From Kondoa subrosea (Eukaryota), in contig BCIN01000003.1 in assembly GCA_039545335.1 (NCBI GenBank), positions 2,427,060-2,491,059 of the forward strand: a stretch of DNA of 64,000 nucleotides. Direction: 5' to 3'. Both the position numbers and the translations under genes were made by a program. The notes below the pieces were generated by a model, which was not told the DNA's origin, searched no databases, and saw nothing but the letters and a program-made list of their open reading frames with translations. This document shows positions 39,241 through 52,000 of the stretch, piece after piece (positions within the stretch are counted from its first letter, which is position 1; every line of letters starts with the position of its first letter).

Positions 39241-40374
39241 GGTAATGATATTGAATCAGAAAGAAGAGATAAAAGAGCCGGATTTTCTATTTTGATGAGA
39301 TTTCCCTTTGTTGGCTAGAATCAGATGAATAACTCAATCTGGCTGATTGAAAATGGAGGTAAAGAGTATCCCAAAGGTGTTCGCCTAGATGAGAGCAATA
39401 CCGATACCCCTGTATTCGCTACATAGAGAGCAACGCAGGCTAGAACAGAATTGCCAAGCCATGTGCGGACGAGGACATCTTCGAACATCATGGCAAGCCG
39501 GTTCGACAGCTGAAAGCCCTTTCGCGAGACGGTAGCAGGTTTGTCCAAGTTGTTTGCCTTCTTAGCTAATGCCTTCGCTTCAAAATGATTTTAAAATGCG
39601 AAGCCTAATGAGCTGGAAACATGTCATCAGAGCATGGAACTGACACAACTTTTTGCACGTACGAATATTGAGCGAATACGCACAGAGGTCGCTCTACGCT
39701 CTCTGCATGAAAAGATGACTGCCGGGTTTAGCAATCAGGATGGATCTCCAGTCACAGTCATTTGGTCTCACAGGTAAAGTAAATAACCGATATGAGCGTA
39801 ACCTTCTATCTTACTCTTCATGAACAACTCTTGACCTTCTTTGCTGCCACAACAGGACTATGCCTCTTCTTCACTCTCATCTGCATCATCCCTTATCCTT
39901 TCCGCAACTACTGGTTCTGCTTGAGCTTCAGTAGGCCCAGGTTCGGCAGGCAATTGCATTGCTTCTTCTGTATGATCTCGTACTGTGATCTCTACGCTGG
40001 AGGGTAGAATAGCGGGTGCTCTATGTAGAGCGGTTTCCAGCATAACTTGAGGCTTGACAGAATAGCTAGTAGTGTCGCTATTTCCACGCGTATTATAGTA
40101 TACAAGACATAGAAGCAGGAAGTAGATGAGCACACGTCGCCGGGAAAGCCATCTCGACGAAGTGAAAGAGTACCAATGGTCCCGCAGGCTCTTCTTCCGT
40201 AGCTTGTTTCTGTGTAACGGTAGCAGCGAGGGAGATGTCCGTCTATTGAGAGCGCCTGTCGCCATTATTGGGTGCGAAACCTCGTCGGTACTGGACAAAG
40301 CTAATTTCTCCATTATCATGTGTTGACAGCTAGCAGCCAGAAGGGCAGCCCTGATTCGTCCTAAAACCTGCTGA

Positions 40375-42862
40375 ATGGCTGCCGTACTACCCAATGGAAG
40401 CGATACGATGGTTCCGCCTTCGCCTGGATTTCTACAGAATGGAAGCAGAGCTTCACCTATCAGGTCTTTCTCCGAAGCTCCTGGAACTAGTATGTATGCC
40501 TACGATGATCAGCAAGACAACCAAGGTCAGCATATTGAGTCAGCATTGCTAAATGTGCGACAACCTGACGTACTGAGCGTAGACATCATTCCACCGAACC
40601 CGCGCTTTGGACAACTCGCCAATCACTCTTCACCCAATCTGAGTCTTTCAAATACTTACAACGATCAATATGCAACTGAGCGCGAGATCAATGATCTTCG
40701 ATTAGGTGAAATGCATCTGGGCGAAAACAGGTATTCTCAGCCTATCGCAAGACGGAATCCTCCAATGGGCGGGACGCTACCAGATCGCCCCTATTCCGAG
40801 GCAGCAGATCACTATCAGAACTACCCGCTTGCCAGAGATGGACCGAGCTTCAATAATGGATTCCCCGTAAGATCAACTTCTGCAGGTCGCCCAGCATCTA
40901 TTCCAGATCAGTCGCAATGGCAGGGTCATGTGAGAAGAACGAGCGGGAACTCAATGCATAGACCAGGTCAAGGAAGTATTGATGGCATGAGTGTGTACGG
41001 AGGAATGGCAGATAATCAATCGGTGACAAGTCAAGATGGTCTTTACACTCCTCCGATGCGCAATCAATCCTTCCAAGATGCAAATTATGGACCACCACAA
41101 CAACATCAGCAGCATTGGCAATCGTATCAAGGCTACGATTATCCTATTTCAAACATCAACGCCGGTCCTTCGATGGAGAGCAATTATCCCGATACCAATT
41201 ACAATCAATATCAGCAAGGTTACTACCAAGATCAACAGCCTGGCGGCTATCCAACAAACATGGATGATGGCTACGGGCAATATCCTACTCCGCCAATGAA
41301 CCGACCTCCTTCTCTTTCCAACAGTCTTCGAGCACCTAATCAACCTCTTCTTCGAGCAATGTCCAGCGTTAGCAGTCTTGGACCTATACGTACACCACCT
41401 CAACTCGCTAACAAAAGGAGTAATACCGGTCAACCAATAACCAAAGCCGCGATAGATGAATATCGGAATCGAATCAAAACAGATCCAGATCCAGAGATTC
41501 AATTCAATTTCGCTAAATACCTGATTGAAGCAGCACGAAAATTAGGTCAAGCATGTTCCACTGCACCGGCAGATGAAGCCAAGAACCTAAAAAGATATCG
41601 TGATGCCCTTTTACAAGAGAGTGTGAAGTTGATCAAGAAGATCGCTACTCAATCAAGCGGACCTGGAAAATTACCTTTTCCCGACGCTCAATTCTTTTAC
41701 GCAAATTGTCTCAGTAGCGGCTCTTTAGGTCTTTCAGTAGATCATGAGAAAGCCTATACTCTTTATGTCCAAGCTTCAAAACAGAATCATCCAGCTGCAA
41801 CGTATAGAACAGCAGTGTCGAATGAAGTAGGAGCAGGAACCAAAAAAGACCCGAATCGAGCTGTCTTGTTTTACAGGAAAGCTTCTGCTTTAGGCGATAC
41901 AGCGGGAATGTACAAGTTAGGCATGATTCTACTCAACGGAATGCTTTTCCAACAAAAGAATGGAAGAGAAGCAGTTCTTTGGCTTAAAAGAGCAGCACAA
42001 CAAGCAGATGAAGAACATCCTCACGCTCTACATGAACTGGGACTTTTGTACGAAAGACCACCGAATCCAAACGGTCCTTTAGGTCCTACTGTTCCTTTGG
42101 ATGAACCTCAAGCTCTCGAACTGTTCACTCAAGCAGCGAAATTGGGTTATGGACCTAGTCAACATAAATTAGGCATGGCTTACGAATATGGGAATCTAAC
42201 TTGTGCTGTTGATCCGAGAAGAAGTATAGCCTATTACACGAGAGCTGCAGAAAGGGGTCAACCTGATTCTGAACTAGCTTTATCTGGTTGGTATCTACTA
42301 GGTCAGTTCCTTATTGTTGGCTTCGACCTTTTCACTGAACAGATGCAACAGGTAGCGATAACATTCTGAAACAAAGCGACGATGAAGCTTTCCTTTGGGC
42401 AAGAAGAGCAGCAAATCGAGGTCTAGCTAAAGCCGAATACGCTGTTGGGTGAGCCGAGATATCGTTAGCATGTATCAATTAAGCGGGACTGACTAAAGTA
42501 CATAGTTACTATTGCGAAGTAGGTATTGGATGTCAGCAGGATCTGGCGGAAGCCAAAAAATGGTACATGCGAGCTAGCGGTATGTCGTCTATCAGTCCAC
42601 AGTATGCTATAGCTGCTGAGAATACGTTCCCAGCACAAAACCATAAGAGAGCAATGCAGCGGTTGACAGAACTGAAGGTAAGCGGTGTCTATCGTGAGGT
42701 TCATTCGACTAACATCTTTGCAGCGGTCTGGCCAGCCACGACCGACGAAGAAATCGCGACCGACGTAAGTTTCTTTCTAAGCTTGTGACTCCCGACAAGC
42801 AGCTAAAGTCGGATGGCAACAGACGTGCAGACGCAAAGTCTGAGGATTGTATTATATCGTAA
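40375..42862 (+). CDS. SKT5: Sel1-repeat chitin synthase activator (Skt5/Chs4/Csr type) with C-terminal CaaX
   Basis: Sel1 repeats (DAQFFYANCLSSG, QASKQNHPAATYRTAV, MYKLGMILLNG, ELALSGWYLLG, AEYAVGYYCEVGIG, AQNHKRAMQRL). Ends SEDCIIS*. Confidence 0.88.
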
Positions 42863-43103
42863 GCATGGATCCATAAGAGCAGGCAAGCTGCTGCTGTACA
42901 CGTACTCTGTATTTCATTATACTGAAAGCATAATTCGTTTCTCGGTTTCCACCCTTTCTTCGAAAACAATAACGAGAGTGCCTTCTTCACGCTTCAGCTT
43001 ACCCTTCAGTGTTCGCTTCCTCCTGTACTTGTACTCGTGCTCGACGCTGCAAACTGGACGCGTAACAACGTAGAAGACAGCAAGCCCAAGTCGTGACCTC
43101 CTG

Positions 43104-44645
43104 ATGTCGTTTGCAGGCTTGTTCTCTAAGAAGCCTAAATCTCCAGCAGAGCTAGCAAGGTCACTCAAAGATAATGTACATAAGCTCGATATCTCTGGCT
43201 CTGGCAGCGAAAGCAGACGCAAGGTTAGTCCTGCAAGCACATCCGCCTTTACGAGGTTGAAGCTTATAGATACCGGTTGAAAGGCTATAGATGAGATCTC
43301 AAAGTGTCTGCAGCAGATGAAGGTTATGCTCTATGGGGAAGGAGGTCAGCTGAGCAATCAGTCGGTATAACTTTATGTGCTCATGTTGCGTCAAATAGAA
43401 TCGGAACCTTCACCTGAAACTGTAGCCCAACTAGCACAGGAGGTATATGCGAATGATCTCCTGCATCTACTGGTAGTGAATATGTGGCGCTTTGAGTTCG
43501 AGGTCAGTTCATCTGAGAGTGATGGCATGTCTTTCTTGCTAAGACAAGTAAACAGTCACGGAAAGATGTCGCGCAAATCTTTACACATCTGTTGAGAAGG
43601 CAAATCGGTACACGCTGGCCGACAGTGGAGTACCTTACCACACGAGAAGAAGTCATCTTCGCCGTAATGAAAGGGTAAAGACATGTTTCTCTTTCTAATC
43701 GCGCGCTCCTGATCAGATCCTCGCAGATATGAGAATCCGGAAGTCGCACTCAATACGGGCATGATTCTGAAAGACATGCTGCGGCACGAACCCTTAGCGA
43801 AGACGTTGCTGTTCTCTGATCGGTAAGTAATTATGTTGCAAAGCCGTCTTCCGAGCTAAGGATGTGTAATGCTGATGCCCGCAGATTCTATGACTTCATC
43901 GACTACATCGAACAAACCACATTTGGAATAGCCTGCGATGCACAAGCGAATTTCAAAGTATGTCATCAGACAAGTTTGCATGAAAGGGTATTTAACGACA
44001 CATCACAGGAAGTGCTGACGAAGCACAAGACTATGGCAGCAGAATATTTAGAAAACAATTACGATCGAGTAAGTCTACAGCCTTTCCCAGACATTTCCTC
44101 TGCTGAACATTTTGTTAGTTCTTCACCGCCTATGCAGCTTTGGTCCAATCAGACAATTATGTCACCCAACGACAGTCATTGAAACTCCTGGGCGAAATAC
44201 TACTAGACCGAGCGAATTTTAATGTCATGACTAAATACATTGCAAGTGAAGATAACCTCAAGCTTATGATGAACCTCCTGCGGAACAAAAGCAAGAACAT
44301 ACAGTTTGAAGCTTTCCATGTCTTCAAAGTGAGCGAATGAGTCTAAGTATTGACAATGGACCTGAACAAAGTTGGCAGGTCTTTGTCGCGAATCCGAAGA
44401 AGCCGCCGCATATTGAGCGGATACTTCGACGCAACAAAGACAAGCTTGTATTGTTCCTACAGGATTTCCATAATGATCGAGAGGGTCAGTCCAAAGTCTT
44501 TGACATCTAGTCGCTGAGGACTAACAATGACTGTACGCAGACGAACAGTTCAACGTGAGTTTCTGGCTGTGACGTGTGATTTTCGAGCTAAATATTGGTG
44601 CAGGACGAGAAGGCTTTCCTTCTTACTCAGATACAAGGACTTTAA
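43104..44645 (+). CDS. HYM1: MO25/Hym1/CAB39 kinase scaffold, multi-exon
   Basis: [57 protein letters not shown] and [17 protein letters not shown]. Confidence 0.95.
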
Positions 44646-44763
44646 GCTATATCCCGTGCATATTCTGTTTTTATTCTGAGCATTAATATTCCACGAGAAG
44701 AGGAGGGGTCAAGATGCATTCCACGTTGTCATTTACATGCTATTCATATACATAATCTATCTG

Positions 44764-46217
44764 CTATATAATCAATGCTTCCAATCGTTCTTCGTCCAAC
44801 GAGTTTCGATACGCATCTGCCAAGACGTCCAAATTTTCTCCTCCGTTCATTATATTTTCTAGCCCTGTTATAGTGAGAGGAATACGGTGGTCTGTTGCGC
44901 GATCCTATGCAGATCTTCAGAGTCAGATCGAGTTTTAGTATATCAGAGGAGGTTACACTGACTTGAGGGAAGTTGTACGTCCTGATCTTCTCACTTCTTT
45001 CGCTGGTCTTGACTTGTGACCTTCTTTCAGCTCGCCGACTCTCTTCTTGAGCTCTAAGAACGTTGTCAAGCACTCGAGCCCGCAGAACTATATAAGCCCG
45101 AGTCTTGTTTTGCGCTTGGCTTCGACTATCTTGCATTGAAACAGTCAAACCAGTCGGTATATGAGTAAGTCGGACAGCTGATTCCGTCTTATTGACATGC
45201 TAAATAGAAGATACTAAGTAAGTATGATCACAAACCGATTCGTTAGGCAACTCACTTGACCACCTGCTCCGCGCGATCGCATCACTTCTACTTTCACATC
45301 TTTCTCATCGAGAACATCCTTGCCAGATGTGGTTGCTTTGGCCTCGGCGAGCGGGAAAACCTGATCAGAAATGCTTCAACAAGGTGTAAACCAAGCTCGA
45401 TAGTGCATAGGCACTCACAATAACCGATACTGTACTGGTATGGGTTCTTCCTGCTGATTCTGTACTAGGTACTCTTTGCACTCGATGTACACCGATTTCC
45501 TGCTTGAACCTTCCATAGGCTCCAGATCCTTTGACTTCAAGCAACACATCTCGATATGCATCAGCAGGAGTAGAAACGACCATTGAAGTAGCTTCCATAA
45601 TTTCAGTCTTCCATTTCAAACGTTGACTGAAACGTTGATACATTCTCAACAGTTCTCCAACGAACAAAGCGCTTTCTTGTCCACCTACACCTGCTTTTAT
45701 TTCTACTAAAGCTGAACTTTCATCATGTTCTTCAGGTGGTAAGAGTATAGATTGTAAAGAAGTTTGAGCGAGGGTTAAGTCTGATTCAGCTACTTCTAAA
45801 TCTTGTTGAGCTAGAAGTTGCATGTCTGGATCAGGATCAGAGGCAGCTAGCTTTTCCAAAGATTCAAGAAGCTGTGACGGTGCATAAAGTGACGAGAAAC
45901 ACAAGGGAAAACGTAAGAGAGCAGGGGAAGAGAGCACAGAAGGGATAAAAGTGGAAATATATAGAGAAGAAGAAGACACGCAAATGAATTGGCAATGGAA
46001 AGGTGGACGGAACATGGAAATGGCATACACCGTATTTCTGTTGCAAGTCCTTTACAGCATCCCTGAGCGATTCATCTGCCCTCTTGTTTTCAGAATTTGC
46101 CAAAGTCGAAGTCGCAGCTTTCACTAATTTTTCATTGAGAGCAGTCGTTTGTGTAGAGATAGTACGTAGTTGACCGATAGCCAGCCAAACTGAGCGTAAG
46201 GAGCTTCTGCAATTCAT
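44764..46217 (-). CDS. MRF1: Mitochondrial peptide chain release factor 1, multi-exon
   Basis: Arg/Ser-rich presequence [46 protein letters not shown] (PxT motif); [38 protein letters not shown]. Confidence 0.92.
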
Positions 46218-46358
46218 CTCGCTGTTCGCCAAACACTTTGCCAAATTCGAAAAAATTCGGCTGCTTTTGTCCTGGACCTTCCATTTTCTCACAAGACGTA
46301 GGTTTCAACAGTGGGCAGCATCCAGGAATACTACTCACTGCTATCGTATAGCATCAAG

Positions 46359-47886
46359 ATGTCTTCTCGCCCTGTTAGTCGAATCTCGCAATGTGTCGCA
46401 AAATTGTTAGAACTTATTAATTATATGACCAGACCGTCAACATTCGCAGCGCTGAAGGTGCCGCTGATGGTACTCTTCCTCTACGTAGGCCATTTGCACA
46501 AGGCAAAGGAGAGAGTAGTCAATGCTAATTTGATTGAACAGCTCACGTCTTCACTGCACCCATCCGTCCTGATGTGGTTGCCCTCATTCACAGTTCGTTT
46601 GCATTGCACAACAGACGGGTCATGTCTTGTACTGAAGTTACGAACAGAGAACTTGAGCAAGAACAACCGTCAGCCATATGCCGTCTCACCAAAAGCTGGT
46701 CACCAAACCTCTGCTGAATCTTGGGGAACTGGTCGTGCTGTTGCTCGTATTCCTCGTGTTTCAGGTGGTGGTACTCACAGAGCCGGTCAAGTGAGCCTCT
46801 TCGCTCAAAAAGATTGATATGCAATCTCATTGGGATTTTTTTCAATGATAGGCCGCTTTCGGTAACATGTGCCGTGGCGGTCGCATGTTCGCACCAACCA
46901 AGATCTGGCGCAAGTGGCACGTCAAGACCAACCAAAACCAACGCAGATACGCAGTTGTTTCTGCTTTGGCAGCTTCTGCTTTACCAGCTTTGGTCATGGC
47001 TCGTGGACACAGGATCGAAGAGATTGAAGAAGTTCCTCTCGTCTTTTCTGATGCTATTGAATCCATCACCAAGACTAAAGAAGCTGTTGCAGCCCTTAAA
47101 GCATCTGCCGCTCACGCCGATGTAGAAAAGGTCATCAACTCTAAAAAGCTTCGTGCTGGTAAAGGAAAAGCCAGAAACCGTCGTCACACTCAAAGACGTG
47201 GTCCTCTTATCATCTACAACGAGGACAAGGGCATTGTTCGCGCTTTCAAGAACATTCCAGGCGTTGACACTGTCAATGTCAGACAACTCAACATTCTTCA
47301 ACTCGCCCCTGGTGGACATCTTGGCCGATTCTGCATCTGGACTGCAGGTGCTTTCGCCATGCTTGATGAAGTGTATGGAGATGGTGAAAAGCCAGCCGCT
47401 CTCAAGCGCGATTACTAGTAGGTTCCCTTTGTTGTAACTCTTCAAACCTCATATACTGACAATGTTGCAGCTTGCCTACTTCCAAGCTTGCCAACACTGA
47501 TATTACTCGATTGATCAACTCTACCGAAATTCAGTCAATTGTCAGACCTGCTGGACCAAAGAAGACCAAGAGACCATTCGCACAGAAGAAGAACCCTCTA
47601 AAGAACTCTGCTGTCATGTAGTACGTTTCATCTCGGATGCACGCTTTGTAGGCTAGCATACTGATGGATTTTACTTTTGTAGCCGCCTCAACCCTTACGC
47701 TCAAGTCCTCAAGCGAAACAGCATCAAGGCTTTAGAGCAAAAGAAGAGCGGTGTGTCCAAGAAGGAAAAGGCTGAGCCTAAGCAAGCAGCTGTTCGTTTT
47801 TCGCGCTTCACATGACTGTCCTTAAAACTGATCGTCTGATTTTATTATAGGGCGAAGCGTTCTTGACACAGCTAGCAGCTCCTTGA
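46359..47886 (+). CDS. RPL4: 60S ribosomal protein L4 (uL4), multi-exon
   Basis: [60 protein letters not shown] and [16 protein letters not shown]. Confidence 0.98.
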
Positions 47887-48013
47887 TCGCATAGTTAAAC
47901 GTATAGGGAAATAGCATAGCTTGCATTACCGTACTTTTGACGCATCTTTACCTTGACATTCCGCATTCGCTCTTGTTTTCGACCATCATTCTCCATACCC
48001 TGCCGTTTTCATC

Positions 48014-48642
48014 ATGGTGCGTTCGAATGAGACGTAGACAGCTTAGTCACAGCTCACAGGTCACCTCGCTGCGCACAGGATTCCTATCGTCTCGTTCCAT
48101 CCAATGCGTCGTCACTCACCACAGAATCCTCAACAGCATCTACTTCGCATGCTTCCTTTGCAGGAGTACACGATAGCATGAGACATGGTGGACCAAGAAG
48201 TCTTTCAGCTGAATCAGTAGCCAAACATCCTTTGCAATCTAGATTACAAGGGGTAAATCTGCCTTTCGCTCTATCTTCATCTATATTGATGTTGACGATG
48301 AATGCAACAGTGGGAAGCTACTCAAGATAACCTCAAGTTTGAATTGCAAAGGAATTTGTTTGGGATGCATATGCCAATCCGACAAATGATGGAACGTAAA
48401 CTAGTTTCTTTCGTTAGTCTCTTTACCTTACCATCCTCTTGTACATTCTGAATGAGTTATGTGCACAGGACAACAACTTCCTCACAGCTGGATCTAGCGT
48501 TTCGAGAATGCATCTCGATATCTTGCAAGGCAAAGATGAGATGTTGGACGTGAGCGATGTGCTTGGTGGAGGTAGTGCGCAGGAAGAAGCTGTGGTAACA
48601 AGGGACATGCATGTAGTGATGGAGAGGAGGTTAAACCTGTAA
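48014..48642 (+). CDS. UMP1: Proteasome maturation factor Ump1/POMP (4 exons; first coding exon is ATG only)
   Basis: Spliced M|DSYRLVP...GVHDSMRHG...HPLQSRLQG|WEATQDNLKFELQRNLFGMHMPIRQMMERKLVSF|...MHLDILQGKDEMLDVSDVL...DMHVVMERRLNL*. Confidence 0.9.
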
Positions 48643-49087
48643 GCAAGTTGCCAACGGACTTTCGCAGTATTGGATTTGGGTGAATGTGTCGGACGGCAAT
48701 GGTGTGATTTCCTGCTCGCGTTCTCTAATTCTCTGCACCTCCTTCTCTATTTGCTTCTGTGCTTTGTTATCTGGCTTCAGTCACTATATAGAACAGCCAT
48801 GGCATGCTTCAGCGAAGATGCATTCTTTCATCTAGGGAGCGTCTGTCGCTATATTGACATTTGGCTGCTTGTGGCTCTGTCTTTATCTATATATGCCGTT
48901 GGTCTAGCTTTGTCCTGATTTTGTGTTTGGGAAGGTTGAGGCCTCTGAAACATAACGACACAGAATCTACGGCAGAGAACTCCTGTGGCTGTTACTCCGA
49001 GTTGCCTTATGTGTCAAGAGGCCATGATAGCATGTATTCGTGTTTGATCGTAATGATTTATGTACAAAACAGTCCGTGTTGCCTTTT

Positions 49088-52000
49088 TTATGCTTCACTG
49101 TCGACCGATTCTACGTGAAATTTAGCTAGCGAAGACTTATATTGCAGAGAGGTGACTTACTTTCATGCGTTTCTTTTCCAGTGATTTTGTTCTTGATGCG
49201 AGACATTCTTGATTTAATGCCTTCAAACACTTTAGCTTTCGATGAATTTTGAGCAAATGAACAACGACATACCATCTTTGCCCCAGACTGCTGTTCGAGC
49301 TGTACCTGATTGATAGATACCACGACTTGTTTAGACGAGAGATTAGTACGTCTGTTTGTAGGAGTTGAAAGCGACTTACTGTCTTGATCGGAGTTCTTGC
49401 TTATGCGCTTGAGTGATTTGTTCCTTCTCGCGTTTGCTATTCAGACACAGTTAGCCCGCAGTAAGGCTCTTCAACCCGATTTCGACTGACTCGATAACAC
49501 CATCATCCATAGCATGAGCGTTCTTCTCAGAAATTTCGGCCATACCTCTGCAAGTCGACGATCAGATACATTTCAATGCATTAAGAGTTAACATACTCAG
49601 CGGATAGGTAGGTCTCAGCTGTTATAAGAAGGTCAAAATGCTTATTCTACGGCATCGGACTGTCGTTGCTTACCTTCATGTCGCTTCGTTTGCGTATCGG
49701 CATAGCTCAAATGATCAGGATCTAGTCCACTGTCGAGCTATTATATGACTAGAATTAGTAATGACTAGCACGCGCTAAAGGAGTAGCGGACCTTGACTTT
49801 GCAAACAAGATAACCAAGTGTCTCATATTTGTGAGTAGCAGCAAAGGCTTTGTTAATCACGTTTTGGCGCAAAAGAGAGATTTCGTCGCCAGCGACAAGT
49901 GGAATGCGGACTTCTGTTTCTTCATCATCAACCAGATCCTGGAACCATAGAGTTGCAACGGCGTCGGCTTCCGATCCAATGCCCAAGATTTTGGTACCAG
50001 GATCTACTTCAAAGACCAAAGCAGACGAGTATCGGTCGTACAAAGGTAAGCGGACGACTTCATCGAGACTCCAGCTGATTCCTTGACCTTCAGTGCGAGC
50101 CGACTTAGCCTTGATCTTGTGTTCGGCATCCGAGGACGATACAGAAATCTTAAGCTTATCGGCGCCAATCGATTTGCTCGATCCAGGAGCAGGTTCAAAG
50201 CGGATATCAGAAAGAATTTCGAGTGTTCCAGTTTCCCAACCAAGGTAGTTTCGAGGAACTTTAGCTTCAACGCTGCGGAAGAGTAAGGAGATGTTGACAC
50301 GGCCGAATCCGACACCATCTTGCATAGCATAAAGACGGGTGACCTGTGATGTGTTTGACAAGATCTTGGCCAGTGGCAGAGTGACTATGCCCATGATTGG
50401 ATCCTGCAAATGAATGAGCGGTGTGATCCTAGTAGAGGACAGGGTATCTTACATGCTCTCGTACTCTTGAATCACGAGTGACAACCCTGACAACAGTTGA
50501 TCGCCAATCGCGGATGAAAGTTTCACTGTGATCCAGTGAATTTAGCTCGCGAGGGCACGGCTGCAGAGCAGATTCGCTTACGTTCCGGCTTCGTAGACTA
50601 TAATCATGAAGAAGCTCGAAACTGAGCTAACAGGGAAATTGTGCTACAGCAAAAAAATTGAACGTACATGGCATCGTTGTGTACTGCTTGACTCGGGTTT
50701 TATAGATCAGATCTGTAGTATCACGAGCCCTCTTAGGTAAAGAACAGGCAATAACAATTATTCACATACCGTCGTTGACCACAATTTCGCAATAAGCTGA
50801 AGGAAGATTGTCACTTTGTTCGCCGGCTTCACTCGTGTCTTGACCACCCTTGCCCTCACGATCACTTCCAGTAGCACCTTTGAGATTTTGACGTTCGAGA
50901 TTGTTCTGTGATATCAATAAGTTTGCTATACACTACGATTTGAAAAAGCTCACGATCTGATGCACGATGACAGATAAGACACCTGCGGGGTAAGAAGGGT
51001 CAGGAGGGATAGAGAGGGCGTCGCTTTCTGCTTTGGTGTCTGCTCCAGTCTGGTTGTTCTCTTGTAGTTCGGGTCGGTTCCTAATTTCAGCTGGCAAGTC
51101 ATGATTGATGTCTCGCTTGAGTTTAGGATTAAAGGCAGCCTTGTCGTAGAAAGCTACAGACCAAGAGATCTTGCCCTTCATATCGTCTGCGATTTTTCAG
51201 CTTGCATCACGACAATTCAGTACATCTCTTGCTTACCTGCATCTTGAAATCCGAGCAAGTCATCAGTTCGTTCGAAAACCTGGTTGGGTTTGAGCATGAG
51301 ATCAGCCACAGGTACTATCAATACATATTAGCAGAGTTCAACCTCCAAAAAAATACTAGCTTACCTTGAACCCGTCCGATCAAATCATCCGCAGTACGCT
51401 TGTCACTATCCCAAAGCATGACTGCCAAGTCCTCGCCAGCTTTGACTTCATCGTCGGAAAGCAGTAAGAATGCAGTTTCTTCCCAAACGGGATTGACTGG
51501 AAAATGAAAAATCGTCAATGCGATCGATCTGCATTGAACACGAAAGGACTCACGATCGCCAGTGATAATCCTTGAGGAGTAAAGCGGTTTGCCAAACTTG
51601 GCATAAGCCAAAACAATGTAAGGATCGCTTTTGCCATTCTTGTCTTGAGCAGACAACCCGGTAGCGTGATGCAGAGTAACAGCAAGAACACCCAAAGCTC
51701 TGCAGACATATTAGTCAGACATCTGTCAGTCGCGAATGGAAAAGGTGACTAACTTGGTGTCCTTTTTGATACCTCCGCCAGAAAGAATTTGAGCCATATT
51801 GAGTGTCATTGATTTGGGAGCAACATCTGCTTGAGACATCAGCAATGTTACACACCAGTACGAAGTCACTTACAAGCTGCAGCTGCCGCCTAAACCTGAC
51901 TTCAGCTAATGTGATCATGATACTCGGCTTCACTTACAGCAATGGAGCTTTGAACGAAGCCACTGATGATTGGTAAGTCCAGCACATTAGGGAATGCTTT

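Larger units (their letters stand above)
37106..39505. repeat. Tandem duplication of about 1.1 kb (37106-38165 versus 38410-39505) including the upstream region
   Basis: Near-identical upstream blocks, e.g. GAAAGAAGAGATAAAAGAGCC(A/G)GATTTTC...TTTTGATGAGATTTCCCTTTGTTGGCTA..ATCAGATGAAT..CTCAATCTGGCTGAT at 37924-38010 and 39259-39348, plus paralogous coding exons. Confidence 0.9.

Noticed and set aside
39858..40394. 178-aa minus-strand ORF with an acidic tail upstream of SKT5
   Set aside because: It overlaps the SKT5 start and leader in antisense, and shows no recognisable motif or consistent splice structure. It cannot be excluded without RNA data.
14980..42862. A chitin-remodelling gene cluster (AA11-like, LysM-DPBB, SKT5)
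   Set aside because: The three genes are 10-13 kb apart and separated by unrelated housekeeping genes, with no shared upstream motif seen.
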